A stretch of DNA of 64,000 nucleotides from Thalia democratica (lineage: Eukaryota): assembly GCA_965202585.1 (NCBI GenBank), contig OZ241832.1, forward strand, positions 58,156,001 to 58,220,000. The letters run 5' to 3'. The position numbers and the translations under genes are program-made. Under the pieces are notes generated by a model, which made no database searches, was not told the DNA's origin, and worked only from the letters and a program-made list of their open reading frames with translations. Below are positions 1-12,700 of the stretch, piece by piece; positions within the stretch are counted from its first letter, which is position 1, and every line of letters starts with the position of its first letter.

Positions 1-1572
1 TGTTAGGATAAAAAAAACTAGTGAAATAACGGAATGTTACACAATATCTAATGTATAAAAAATTGTTTATAAAGGAGTAAAAAGCTCACATGATCTATTT
101 TATAAGAATTAAACAAATACTTATGTAAGGTTATAACTACCTTATGTTAGCTATATACCAACTGAAAATATTTATCATTTAAATTAATATTCTTCCTATT
201 TTTTGTATAGTCTTGTTTTTACTTATAACTGTTTCCATTAACTAGCCATATGTTCAGGTTTTTTTTTGTTAGTAGTAACAATATTCATTTTTAGCGACAC
301 ATTTTAAACATTATTTAATAAAAAATGATACGGTACTTTTAAACAAAAAATTTTTTATTACAAAACCTACTTTGAAAAACAAAATTTAAACTTTTTTTTT
401 TAATTTACTGGAAAAATTGTTTAAAATTTTTTATAAAATTGTTATAAAAAAAAACTTTACTGTAACGTCTAAAGTTTCTGAGACTAATAAGAGCTTTTAA
501 TAAAAAGTTACTTAATAAGTACTAAACAAGCATTCTTAAGATTTTATAAAGTAAACTAATTAAGAAACATTAACTATACTTCAAAGACTTCTGTGTTAAA
601 ATTGTTTACATCAATGTAAATGTTTGGTTTAATTTGATAAGCAGACAAGCCACATAATTTAAAAAAAAATAATTTTAAAGCAGCTTGAACTGTGTAAGTG
701 TTACTACTCGTTGCGATGCGTGTTTAATGAACACTTTGTTTAAAAACACAAGTTTTCGGTTTAGCTTTTTTAAACTTATACACTTATTATATAAATCCAT
801 TTAGCCTTTTTTTAAACAAATGATATTTGAATAGTTCAAAACAAGCAAAATAAACGTCTTTTTAAAACGATCACTAAAAGTTTATTATACTACAATTCGT
901 AATAAACAAAGCCTTTTTTTTTTTGTTTTGTTGTTATCATTTTTATTAAATTATAAAAAAAACTTCTTTTCAAACGAAACACTGTTGATAATAACAAGTT
1001 TTAATTACGTAACATACAACTACGGTTATTTGTATTCTATAAAACTGACTTTTTGAATTTTTTGTTGAAAAACCTTTACAAAATACAAGTTTTAAAAACT
1101 TAAAGTTTTTAAGAAAACTATTTCTCACAAACAATAAACTTATAAAACACAATAAAATCTAAATAGTTACAAAATAATGTGATTAAACTCTTTTCAATCA
1201 AATAAAGTTTACGCTAATACGTCATAATCAACTTGATAAGTGCGTTAAGTGTGTTTTAACGTGAATATTCGTAGTAAAAAATACTTGTCACTTTAATTTT
1301 CTCATTCAACGCTAATTATTATTTTATTTTTCAGATAACTAGCTTAAAAAAGTTCTTTTTTTTTTGAGATGATTACTTTTTTATGGTTAATAACTACATT
1401 TTGTTAGTTTTGTGTAACAAATAAACTAAAATTACTGCTTTTGCACATAAAAAATTATTGACAAAAAACTAACTTTAATAAAAGCAATAATAAGTAAAAG
1501 TTTATATAAGATAGTGAAATTATAGTTCTAAATTTAGTATTTAAAACAATTCAAAAAGTTTACCAGTTACAT

Positions 1573-1976
1573 GTAAATTCAAATTCGGACAACTTAAAGT
1601 TCGACAATTCAAACTGCTGAAAAAACATTTAAAAGACTATACCTCAAAAAGTAATATAAATTTGAAAAAAAATGCGTATGTAGATCTCGTTAATATCTAC
1701 GAGTCACTTTTCTTTTTGAAATATCTATAACATTTTTTAAGATATTTTAAAATTACTAAAAATAACTATGTTTTTTACTTTAATAAAACCATATCTCAAA
1801 AAATATTTAATATTTTGCAAAAAGAAAAAAATGGTCTTTAGATATTAATATGAAATACATACGCATGTTTTAAGTAAACAAATATACATTACATTTTTAT
1901 TTTTAGCCATTTCAATTTGTTATTAAGAATTCTAATTGTCGGAATTTGAATTGTCGGAATTTGAACCCAAGTTTAC
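1573..1976. mobile_element. Degenerate MITE/foldback-like element with subterminal 15-bp repeats
   Basis: Left TTCAAATTCGGACAAC..TTCGACAATTCAAA versus right tandem (AATTGTCGGAATTTG)x2 in inverted orientation. Confidence 0.5.
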
Positions 1977-4900
1977 CTTTAGAAAAATAAACCAACTTTT
2001 CTATTTGGTTTTGACTTTGTGTTAACTAAAGCTAAGGAGAGTTTTGATTGTTTTAAAACATAGTTAATAAATTATTTTACACAATGCATTGTGTACTTTG
2101 ATAATAAGTTGGTAATATACATTTATGTCAAATAATTAAAATAATTTATTTAAAACTTAGAAAAAATACAAAAGTTTTGCAATTTTTTATTGTTACGATG
2201 TTTGTTTTAAATAAACCAAAACTTTGAATAAAAAAGATGTAAAAGTCATAAAATCCTTAAATTTTCTTTTGATTTTTACTTTGGGCACCATCATTGTTCA
2301 AACTATTTGAGAACCCCAAAATAATAAAATTCAAAACTGTTTAATAAAATTAAAAAAAAGTACCTAACAAACAACATTTTTTCAAATGAAAACCAAACAT
2401 ACTGTATTGTGCTTTAAACTATGCTTAAACGCAATTCAAAAAATCGAACAAAAGTATAAGTTACTCTTGCCAAAAAAAAACACTTGTAAACCAAACAAAC
2501 TACTTGTTTTCAACATAACTGCCAACAAAGATGGTTAAAGTTAAACTAAAATACAAACCAGCATTAAAATGTTATCAGAGTTCATCGCAACAAAGAGACA
2601 ACGCTCCAGTGTTCAACAATCGTCTCGCGCAACGACTCTTAATTATTTCTTGCCTTTTTTTTCCAGCATATAATTTGTTTTGCATGTGCGCGGTCTACAA
2701 CATTTATTGATTTTTGAATTTTTGCAACACAGCATATATCGCAAAGCCAAAAGCGTTTTGCTGCGAATCACATGTTTCACTTTGTTGCTACACAGTAATT
2801 GCATTAACAGTGCTTAGTACTTGTTAAAGCACAGAAGGCTACAAGGAAACACTACACGGTAAACCTTGTTTTGGTTTCGTTTTAAAATGTTTGTGTTGCC
2901 TCAAACGACTTGAAAAAAAACTAGCTGAAATCAGAACTAAAGTTGTTTATTTTGTAGCTATCATATACAACTTTGTAAAAGTACTTTTTACTAGTACTAG
3001 TTGGACAAAAAGTAAATTAACATCTAAATTAAGACTATAGTTCTTTACACTTTTTTTTTTTAACTTTTCGCAGGTGCTTATTTAAAAAAAGTTAAAAAAA
3101 GAATAGCATTTTACTGTAGCTTATCGTAAATTCACATATTTATGCATGTTGTGTATGGGTGCATTAACGAAACCAGATATTTGTTAGTACACAGAAGTTA
3201 TGGAAAACACAACATGTTAAAACCTGTTTTTTTGTTTTAAAAATTTCTGTAACATCTAAAAACTTTCTACATACTTTCAAAGTTTTCGATTTTACCAAAA
3301 TATTTTGTAATAATTTTTGTATAAATTTTCATTTAAGTACTAGTGACTTATTGAAGTTTTTTTTACTGATTAATGTAATTTGCAAACTTAACATGTTGTT
3401 GTAGTTTGTTCAAAAGTGTTTCAGATTATGTTCTTGCATTATGAGAGGATTATTAAAAAGAAAAAGTTGTAAAACATATAAATAGTAAAAACTTGTTTTG
3501 TTTTTTAAAACTATATGAACTCACAAAGTTTTTCAGAAAAGTTTTTTTAGCTTGTTTTTCTATTTTTGCAGCTTAATAGGGAAAACTACGTTACTTATTA
3601 TTTACGTAAAACTCATTTAGCAGAATGATATTTAAAGAATAAAAGTATAAACTTTCATTAATGCGTTTAAATTTTTTTATGAAACTGGAATTTTATGTGG
3701 TTATTTGTTGACTATGTAACAGCAATATAAATTAGTTAAAACGTCAGAAAGATGTAGATTGCATCAAAAGGTTCCAAAAAATTTCTGTTGATGATAATAA
3801 ATTTCTTGAAGCAATTTTGAGTATAACCATATGTCTCAACTTGAGTCTACAAAAAAATATACAGCTCAACCGAGAGCATGTAATAAATTACAATTCAAAA
3901 ATTTTCCGTAAAAAAAAAACAATAAATTAATTTAAATTAATAAGAGAGTGTGAAGGTAACAAATTTAATTACGGCATGAATAAATTTGATGTAAAAATAA
4001 ATTAATTTACCTGTAAAACGAAAAAAATAATGTCATCATATCAACTAAAAGTAACTTTGACGACTCTATTTGCCTATAAAGTGTAATGTTTATTCTATTT
4101 TGCTAAAAAGAATTAAATTTTTGGCAGGAAACGCTTCCCTTATTTTTTTATATTAAGCTATAATTTATTTTGCATCTTGATAATAAAAATACAAACAAGT
4201 TTACTTATTGATTATGTATCAAAAAAGCTGCCTTCAACTTAAAAGTGCTTCATTGAACTATTTGCGTTTAAGATTGATAAGTTAAAAAATAAATACTGAA
4301 ACTATCTTATATATATTCGCTAGATAAGTACGTGTATAATTAAGTATGATACAATCTTAAGAGTACTATCTTTAGTTCTTTACAGGTATTAAATCTAGCT
4401 TTTTAATCTAACTTCTGCATATGTTTTAGAACTTTTGATTTAGTTTAAAGTGAAAATTGAATTAAAATTAAAAACAAAATAAAAGCTATAAATTATTTTT
4501 AAAAGTAAAGATTTAGTATGATTTTGTTTTGGGTTACAAATTAAGCATAATAAACTATCTTTAATAGCTATATGCTTGTTTTATAACGATTTGCTTTTAA
4601 AACTTATTCTAAACAAACTTCAAATGAAGCTGTGGAAGCTGTTGAAGGTAAAAGCATTAAATATTTATGGACAGTTAAAGGCAAAGTTTTAATAATGAAC
4701 TTGAGATTTTCTTCAAACTGTTAAATAACAAGATTAACTTTCATAGACTTTTAAATGCTGTTCATTTTTGGCTATTATACATTTAAACGTCTGTTTTAAA
4801 CTAAGATATAGCTTATTTATTTTCTTTCGATTACTTTTAGATAGTTCAAACAAGTTTTGCAAACTTGTTATTTTTCACAAACTTACTGTGTTATGTATAA

Positions 4901-7900
4901 ATGTAAAGAATATTAAAACTTTATATAAACTGTAACTCTAGACTTCAATCTTAGTAAAAGTCAATAAAAGTCTTGCATAACAATTTATTCTTATAATGCT
5001 GTAATATTTTCTTCAACTTTACGTAAAAACCTTTTATAAATGAGGTCAAATGAAGAGCTTATATCGATAGATGTTTATATTTTGCACTTTTATGTTCTTA
5101 AATCTGCTTAAAACAATAATTTTTAATGGACAGTTAAAATAAAAATTTAAAAGACTTAAAATAACTTTCTTTTTAATACTAGTTTTAAGCTTACCTTTGT
5201 TCGTAAAAAAAGCATCTAAAATACATTTGTTTTTTGTTTATACGCTGAATCATTCCTTACTGTTTGTAAGTCTTTGTTTTATCCGTTTGACTTCTCTTTT
5301 AGTTTAATAATAAGCTTTTCCTAAGCGTTAAATTGGCTTTCTCAAAACTGTTAAGCTCCGTCATTTGTTGTATTGATTCATACTTGTGTTTTAGTAATTT
5401 TTTGTTTTATTTAATTTAGTTTATATTTTCGATAAAAATGTTTCAAGTAAATTGTTATGTAAAATGTTTTTTGATAAATGTTAGATTTAAAGAAACAAAC
5501 TAATTTAAGTTATTTTTAAAATGTACCAATTCCTAAAACTAGCCTAAAATATTTTACTTTTATAAAACTAAAGCTCATAAAATAAGTTTAACTACTAAGA
5601 TAAGTTTTGTACATCAAGCAATCAAACTTATAAATGTTCTTATCACTATTATACACTTACTCAAAATTGCTTTATACCTTTTGTACATATATATTGATAG
5701 AGCTATTACAAATAACATAAACAAATTTATTAATAATCATTTTAGCACAGAAACACAGCTTCGGCTATTTAAATTAATTTGCTTTATTTTTGTCTTTTCA
5801 ATTAAATAGACTATCACAAAACAAACCATTCAAAACATTGCTTCACTCGTATAAAGAACAACTGGTTTCTACTAAACATAATATCTCTAAAGAAAATTTT
5901 TTGACACAAACTAACAAAAACATTTTTATTTATGACACTCATAGAATTATTATAAAAATACTTCAAAAGAAGATAAATAATGAATAAATATAAAAATATC
6001 AGTGAAAAGCGAGTAAGAAGTTACTATTATTGGTAATTTCTAAGTAAAACAAAAGCAATAAATTAATTAGATTCAAATAAGGGCACTTGGGGATAACATA
6101 ATATATTTTTATATAAATAAATAGTTTTTATTTAACCTTCTGTTCGCTATACAACAAAAAGTATATATTTATTATTCTATCGGTTTAGTGTATGTTATAT
6201 ATTACAGCTCTGCATTTATATTGTAAATTTATTTATCTAAACAAGTTAAGTTTTGCTTATATTCTTTCATCTAATAATTAATTTATTTTGATAATATTAA
6301 AACACATGTATATTCGTTATTGGTTATTATTATTTTTTATTAATTCAGCTTAAATAAACATCCTACCACAAAACTAACTCAATACATGTTTGCTTCCATC
6401 AAACAAATGTTCTGAAATGACTTCATGTCACGCAGGAACAAATTGATCACAACAGCGTAAAAGTTTTCCGATCATTGATTTTTCGTGACCACCCTGCTCT
6501 GTTACATCACATTCAAAACTTTATGACGTCACACTAAAATATTAAACGCGCGAAAACAAACTTGTTTATTTTTTATAAAAGCTCTTAATGGGGTGACATT
6601 CTCGATACAAGTGGGGATTATTTGGGTTTATTAACTAATAAATGAAAATTCTACTTTCATAACTTATTTTAAAGAATGTATTTACTCGACTTTTTTTGAT
6701 AAAATTATGGCTTGTTTTACTTATAGTGTACCAAATGTTTATACTCACACAAATTTCAACCTAATTGAATAAAACTAAATAGAAATTACACTTAAATAAC
6801 ATTTATGGGGTCATAAATCATATGATTACGAAAATAACTGAAATAGATTATTTATTTTAGCTTAATTAATGGTTCTTTTTTTTTGTTTGAATACAATATT
6901 TTCTGCGGGTAGTATTTGTTTAGCTAATGGTAAAAAGCCTTTGATTATTTTTAGCATAAACAGTAAAAAATTGTAAAAGATGATTATATTAATCTAATAG
7001 TGTTTAAAAAAGAAGATAAACAATCTAACAATTAAAGAAAATATTTTATTTCTCAAATCTTATTTAATATAATCTTGAAAAAGCTTGTTTTTCAGAAAAT
7101 TTAATTAAAAAAACAGTTTTATCTCTAACTAATCTAATATAAATTAATAGAAATTATTGCTTCAACTAATTTGAACAATTATTTTTTCTTAATTTTGATA
7201 AAATCTAGATTAACTATAGTAATAACTTAAATTCGCTTTAAACGAACAAAAAAAAGATTTATTGCTTAATCTTAATATAATGTAAACTTTCACTGTTTTA
7301 AACTTTTAAGCACTAAAACAAAATAAAATTCACTTTTATATGTTTTTAACCGAACAAAACTTTTAGGTGTCACTCTAAAAACAGCCTCAAAAAGTAATAT
7401 TTCATAATGTTTGATTTTTTGGAAGCAACAATATGTCTGTAGGTTAGCTTCGGATTGATAAAAAATGTTTGATATTTATTTTCGATTTAAGCAAAAAGAA
7501 TTTGTATAACTTTTGCAGCTATGTTTGAAGAAGTTAAAAGATTTAAACTTAATATCTTAAACTTATTTTCTGAAGCTCCATTAACTTACACTAATTAATA
7601 TAACTAAATCTGTTTTCTAGTAATTAGAAAAAAAATATATTAAACTGATTTTTTGGTAGTCTAAGAAACGATTAAGGTCATACAAACAATTTTGTTATGA
7701 GATTTTTTTTTCAAATAGTTTTTAAAATTTAAAATGTACGAGTGTTTTCGTTATTAAAAGTTTTAACCGTTTAAAAATCTAGAACACAGTTGCGCATTGT
7801 TTAGTAAAAAGATTTTTATTGTTGAAACTAGTAAGTACTATACATCATTAAATTTAGATATTAGTGGCACCTTTTATTAGTGTAAGTTTTTGTTTATAAT

Positions 7901-9620
7901 ACTTACTATATTAAAAACTGATTATAACTTTAAAAGTTATTTTGTAGTCGAATCAAAGGTAATTATAAACTTGGTTTAGAAAAGAAATTAAAGCGTTATA
8001 CGCCCTAGCTATGCCATAAAAACTTGGCTTAATTACGACATAAGATAAATGACGTTTAAGGTTTTTACATTAATTAATTATTTTTTGGTTTACAAACTAA
8101 AAAAAGTTTAATACTTTATAAACATATAATGAAGATTTAATATAATATTTACTACCAGGTTTTATCAAAATTATTATTTTTTTACAATCTACTTAAGCTC
8201 TTTACATTTCAGTAAACCGAGCCATTGTTTTTAGTTAAGGCAAATAACAATAAATCTAGTATGCAAAAATCATTAAAACTAGTAAAGATAGCTGAAATGT
8301 GTTTTATATAGCGCTACTTGTAAGACTTTATGAGTCAGCTTATCTTTGATAAAAAGAAATATTAATATACAATATGTTTGTAGCATTATAGTAAATTTGT
8401 TAAATGTTTAAAAACTATGACTAAAAATCAAAGTTAAAGCTGTTTAATGAATTGCGTTAAATGTTTACAATTTACAACATTAAATTTAAAATTTTGAACT
8501 TTGTCAAGCACTTTTACGTTTGACTATTAAACACTAGTCAGTTTGTTTGTAAAATGTAGTAGAACTATACATAATCTACAAGTTATTCATTAAAATTATA
8601 TTTAAAGTTATATTATATTATTAAAGTTATATAATTTAATCAATTATAAACCTGAACAACATACAGATTTTAAGTTTAACAATTTATTTTTTTGCTACAT
8701 AAAAAATTAAATTATATAATATGTTTGCGTAAACGTAATAGTTAAATTTTAAAACAGTTCTACTTTACACAAATTACGATGAACGTGAATAATAATAAAA
8801 TAAAAGAATTTAGTTATTTTAGTTGTAAATAACATATTACTTTTTTATCACAAGTTTTTACTAATTACCTCATTTCGCCAACTTTTCAGCTTAAACAAAT
8901 ATAAACGAGTATTTTTTTAGAAACAAAAATTTTTTCAAGCTACTAGTTTTGCTGTTATCACTTTATTTTAAACTAGTTTGTACAATTTAAGTTAACTTGT
9001 AATTTTAAACTATAAATTGAAGTTGTTGAATCTTATTTTAGAAAGTTTTAACCTAATACTAAACATTAAATTAGGCATATAAACTTTTTTACTTATTCTA
9101 TAAAACTTTGCCTGAAAACATTCGTTGGTTATAGATTCATTTATAATTGAGAGAACTTTTTGTACTTTATGATGTCACAAACAGCTTTTCTTTGAAACTG
9201 GTATTACCTTAAGTTGGTTGATAAAAAGCTACAAAAATGATATCACCCAGTTTATTATTTTGCATTCATAACTGACTGATAAATGCTACAAATGGTTCTA
9301 TGAAATAAACTTGACTACTTAAAAACCAAAAAAAAATTTTATTTTGTTTTGCATGATAGCAAATGTATAGTAACGTTTTGTGTCTTTCAAAACTACTTGT
9401 ATAACTTATAATAAAACTAACGCTTTTATTCGAAGTTTTCAAAGTTTTCGTCAACACTTTGATATAAGTTAAAAAAAGTATTTTGATAATGCAATTATGT
9501 TATTTACACATATGTATTTAAACTTTGTTAGTAAGTACTATTTAACTTGTAAAATATTTTTGATACATTCATTACATACAGTGTTGTCAAGCTAAACTTT
9601 ACTAAAGATAATCAAATGTC

Positions 9621-9774
9621 ATGGAAAAGTGCCTTAAATCATTTCATTTAGCAATTTTAGTTTTGTTAAGCATTTCCGTTATTATCATTTCGTTGTGGTC
9701 CTCTAAAAACTTTGAAGAAAATGATATAATTAAAATGACTAAAAGTAAAACATCTAAAGAAAACTTTAAAAGAG
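9621..9774 (+). CDS. Sushi gene exon 1: hydrophobic signal peptide/signal-anchor followed by a basic linker ending in KR
   Basis: ATG at 9621, hydrophobic stretch FHLAILVLLSISVIIISLW, canonical AG|GTAAGT donor in phase 1 matching the CCP exons. Confidence 0.75.
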
Positions 9775-12700
9775 GTAAGTATTTTAACTTTGTTATTATT
9801 TAGAATCTTTATTTTTAAAGTTATCATCGGTCTAAAGAAATAATAATTATGCTAGGATATGTACAAAAATGTTCAATCATACCACTTCAACTACCAAACC
9901 ACAAGCTTTCAGTAGACTCAGACACAGTTTTCTTCTTTTTAAAACTCGTCAGTCAGTTGCAACCAAAAAACCTGCTTAGGCTTAGTAGACTTTTGTCATT
10001 GTTTTCTTTGATGCTGTCTTGCCGAGTAGACAATGTATTAAATATTGCACGGCTTACGTCACTGGTCATACCAACAAAGGGTAGCTTCGTCGTAAAACAT
10101 TATAAACAGTAATAATTGTAATTTGACTTGACGGTTGCGACTGACTGACGAGTTTTGATGAGAACAAAACCGGGTCTGAGTCTACCGAAGGCTTGTGGTT
10201 GATGATCTTATCTGGTGTGATCAAATCTTATGTAAACTTGACCTGTCAACAATCTGTCATCATATTTAGTCATCAAACACCTTTGTTAACTTGAGCTTGA
10301 ATTATGGCATCAGAAAGTCATACTCAGACTCAGTAGACTTTCACCGGTATTTTTTTGAAGATAATAATTAAAATACCTTTTAGTTTATGATAAACTATTT
10401 AAATAAAACTTTTGTATCAAACTAAATTTTGTGGTTATTATTTAGCTTAAAAATACTAACTATTCACACAAATTTCTGTAGAATGTTCAAAACTGAATGG
10501 AAATATCAAAAATGGAAGAGAGCTGATGATCAACATGAGAGAAGTTGCGTACAAATGCGAACCTGGATATTTTCTGTCGACCAAAACTTATCATGTTATT
10601 TGTAATAACGATGGGACGTGGAATTCTAGTGATGTTAACCCAAAATGCATAAAAAGTAAATTCTCAAAAATATTTTAAGCTTTTAAGTTCAATTTTATTT
10701 ACCGAAGTTGAATAAGCCGGATCCGGATCAAAGTAACATTAAAAGACGTTATATTGTTTTGTATAAACGCTTTTATAACAAAAACTACGCTAAACTTGTA
10801 ATCAGATTTACCAGTAAAACAAAATTGAAAAAAAAATATCTTTTTTAATTTTTTATACTCTTTTAAAGCTGAAACCAAAATAGTGTTGGTGTAAACAGAT
10901 GTGTTTATTTTAACCTCTTATTGAATGAAAATAAGAGGTGGCTTTCAACATCTATAAACTGCGGCCATACCATGAGTGAAAAGGGTTCGTAAACTCGTCT
11001 CGAAAACGAAGTTGTTCAACAGTTTTATGCACACTCTTACTTATTGTAAAACTTACGATATGTCTTTGAAATATTTAAAACTTTTGAACTACAATCTTTG
11101 CTCAACCAGTTTTTTTAATGCTTTTTTGACTGGTTTGATGTACTATATTATACCTTTTTTATCTTGTAGATAAACAGTCTAATACCATTTTTTGTGAATT
11201 TAATCATCGAGGTCAAATTCTCATTGTTTCTTTAGTTATTTCCTTCAAATTTTATTTTAGTTTCTTTTAACCTTTTATTTGATTGTTTTAAATATTAACT
11301 CAATTCCACCAAGCAAGAGCCTCTGGCCCGAAACGTATTCTATAGCTACAAAGAGCAACTTGGAAAAAATAACAAAATTATATAAAATTAGTTTAATTTA
11401 AAAATGATAAAAATTCAATTTTTTGTACACAAAATTGTATTTATATGTTTTTTTAATACAGTTGTGGTTAAAAGATAACATTTTTTTGTAGTATTTTAAA
11501 AAGTTACACAACTAATCGATGTTCATTGTTTGGTATGCCAGGCTCTATTAGAGGTAATAAGCAAAAAACAAAAAGTTTTATATAAAAAGCCATAGTTTTG
11601 AAAACTTAAACTATCCGAACTATATTTTAAGGATCCGTAGAACACTACTTTTAAAACTACAAAAAGTAAACTTTTAAAAGTTTTTATTTTATTTTTTTAT
11701 GCCCTCATTACCAGGCTGTGGAACGTTTCCCACGATAAAGAGGGCTGAGAAGCAGCTTATTAAAGACGCCAGCGTGAACTCGACCCACCGAACCGAAGTC
11801 AGCGTGAAGTACGTCTGCCAACGCGGGTACCATTACACATTGGACAGCCCGCTTGTTAACTGCACGGAAGAAGGATTCGACGGAGGTTTCGGTGAATGCG
11901 TGAAAGGTGGATGGTTTTTATATTTTTAAAAGTAATTTTTAACAGCTTGCATACTGAACAAAAATGCTTTCTATATTTTTCAAAACAAAAGCCTGCTAAT
12001 ATTTTGTTACAATGTTTTTTGAGTGAACAGTTCTATTTTTTAAAGAGTGACACGTTCAACGGCTAAACATTAAGCCAGCTAAAGTAAATATATAAAATGT
12101 AGAGCTTAAATGCCAAACAATTTTTTTGATCATTTTTTAGAGATGATCTGGTAAAAGTATCTTAAATATATAAATAAACCCTATAGATATAAAATAAGTT
12201 GTTATTTTTAAGTATAGCTTTAAACTGTTGAAGCCGAATATTAGTGTGTAATATACTGCTTATTTGTATATACTTATATAAACAAGTCAGACAATCTGCA
12301 ATAGTAAATTTTAATAAATACGTAATGTATACTAGCTGTAATTAAGTACTAAACCTAAATTTGTTTCAAGATTGCCCAGTTGCTCCACTGGATCTCACGA
12401 ACGGAACGGTTGCTGACGTAACAGCGCACACTAGGTGGAACCAGACGGCCGTGTACCGGTGCCTTCCGGGTCTATCACTCGTCCCCAATGAACACAACCG
12501 TAAGCATTGTCACGGCGATGGGAAGTGGGAAGGAAGATTAGGAAAATGTTTTCCTGGTAAGATAAAATAAATATACTTTCTCTTTAAGACAAACAAAAAA
12601 TTAAATGCAAACGTTGTTTGCATGCAAATAGTATAACTAGTATAAACAAAAAACTAAGCGTACTGTTTGAAAAAATGTATTATAATCAAAAGTACTCTAG

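Noticed and set aside
6520-6535. TGACGTCA (CRE-like) sites as regulatory elements
   Set aside because: The same 8-mer recurs inside coding exons and introns (e.g. ~38788, 42755, 48858), so single hits are uninformative.
970-11173. Short AT-rich ORFs (970, 5790, 9266, 9849, 10976), and similar ones at 28259, 30122-33156, 38929-38949, 45659, 46154, 48125, 57996
   Set aside because: They have Phe/Leu/Lys/Ile-biased composition expected from AT-rich non-coding DNA, or lie inside repeats or introns, with no domain pattern.
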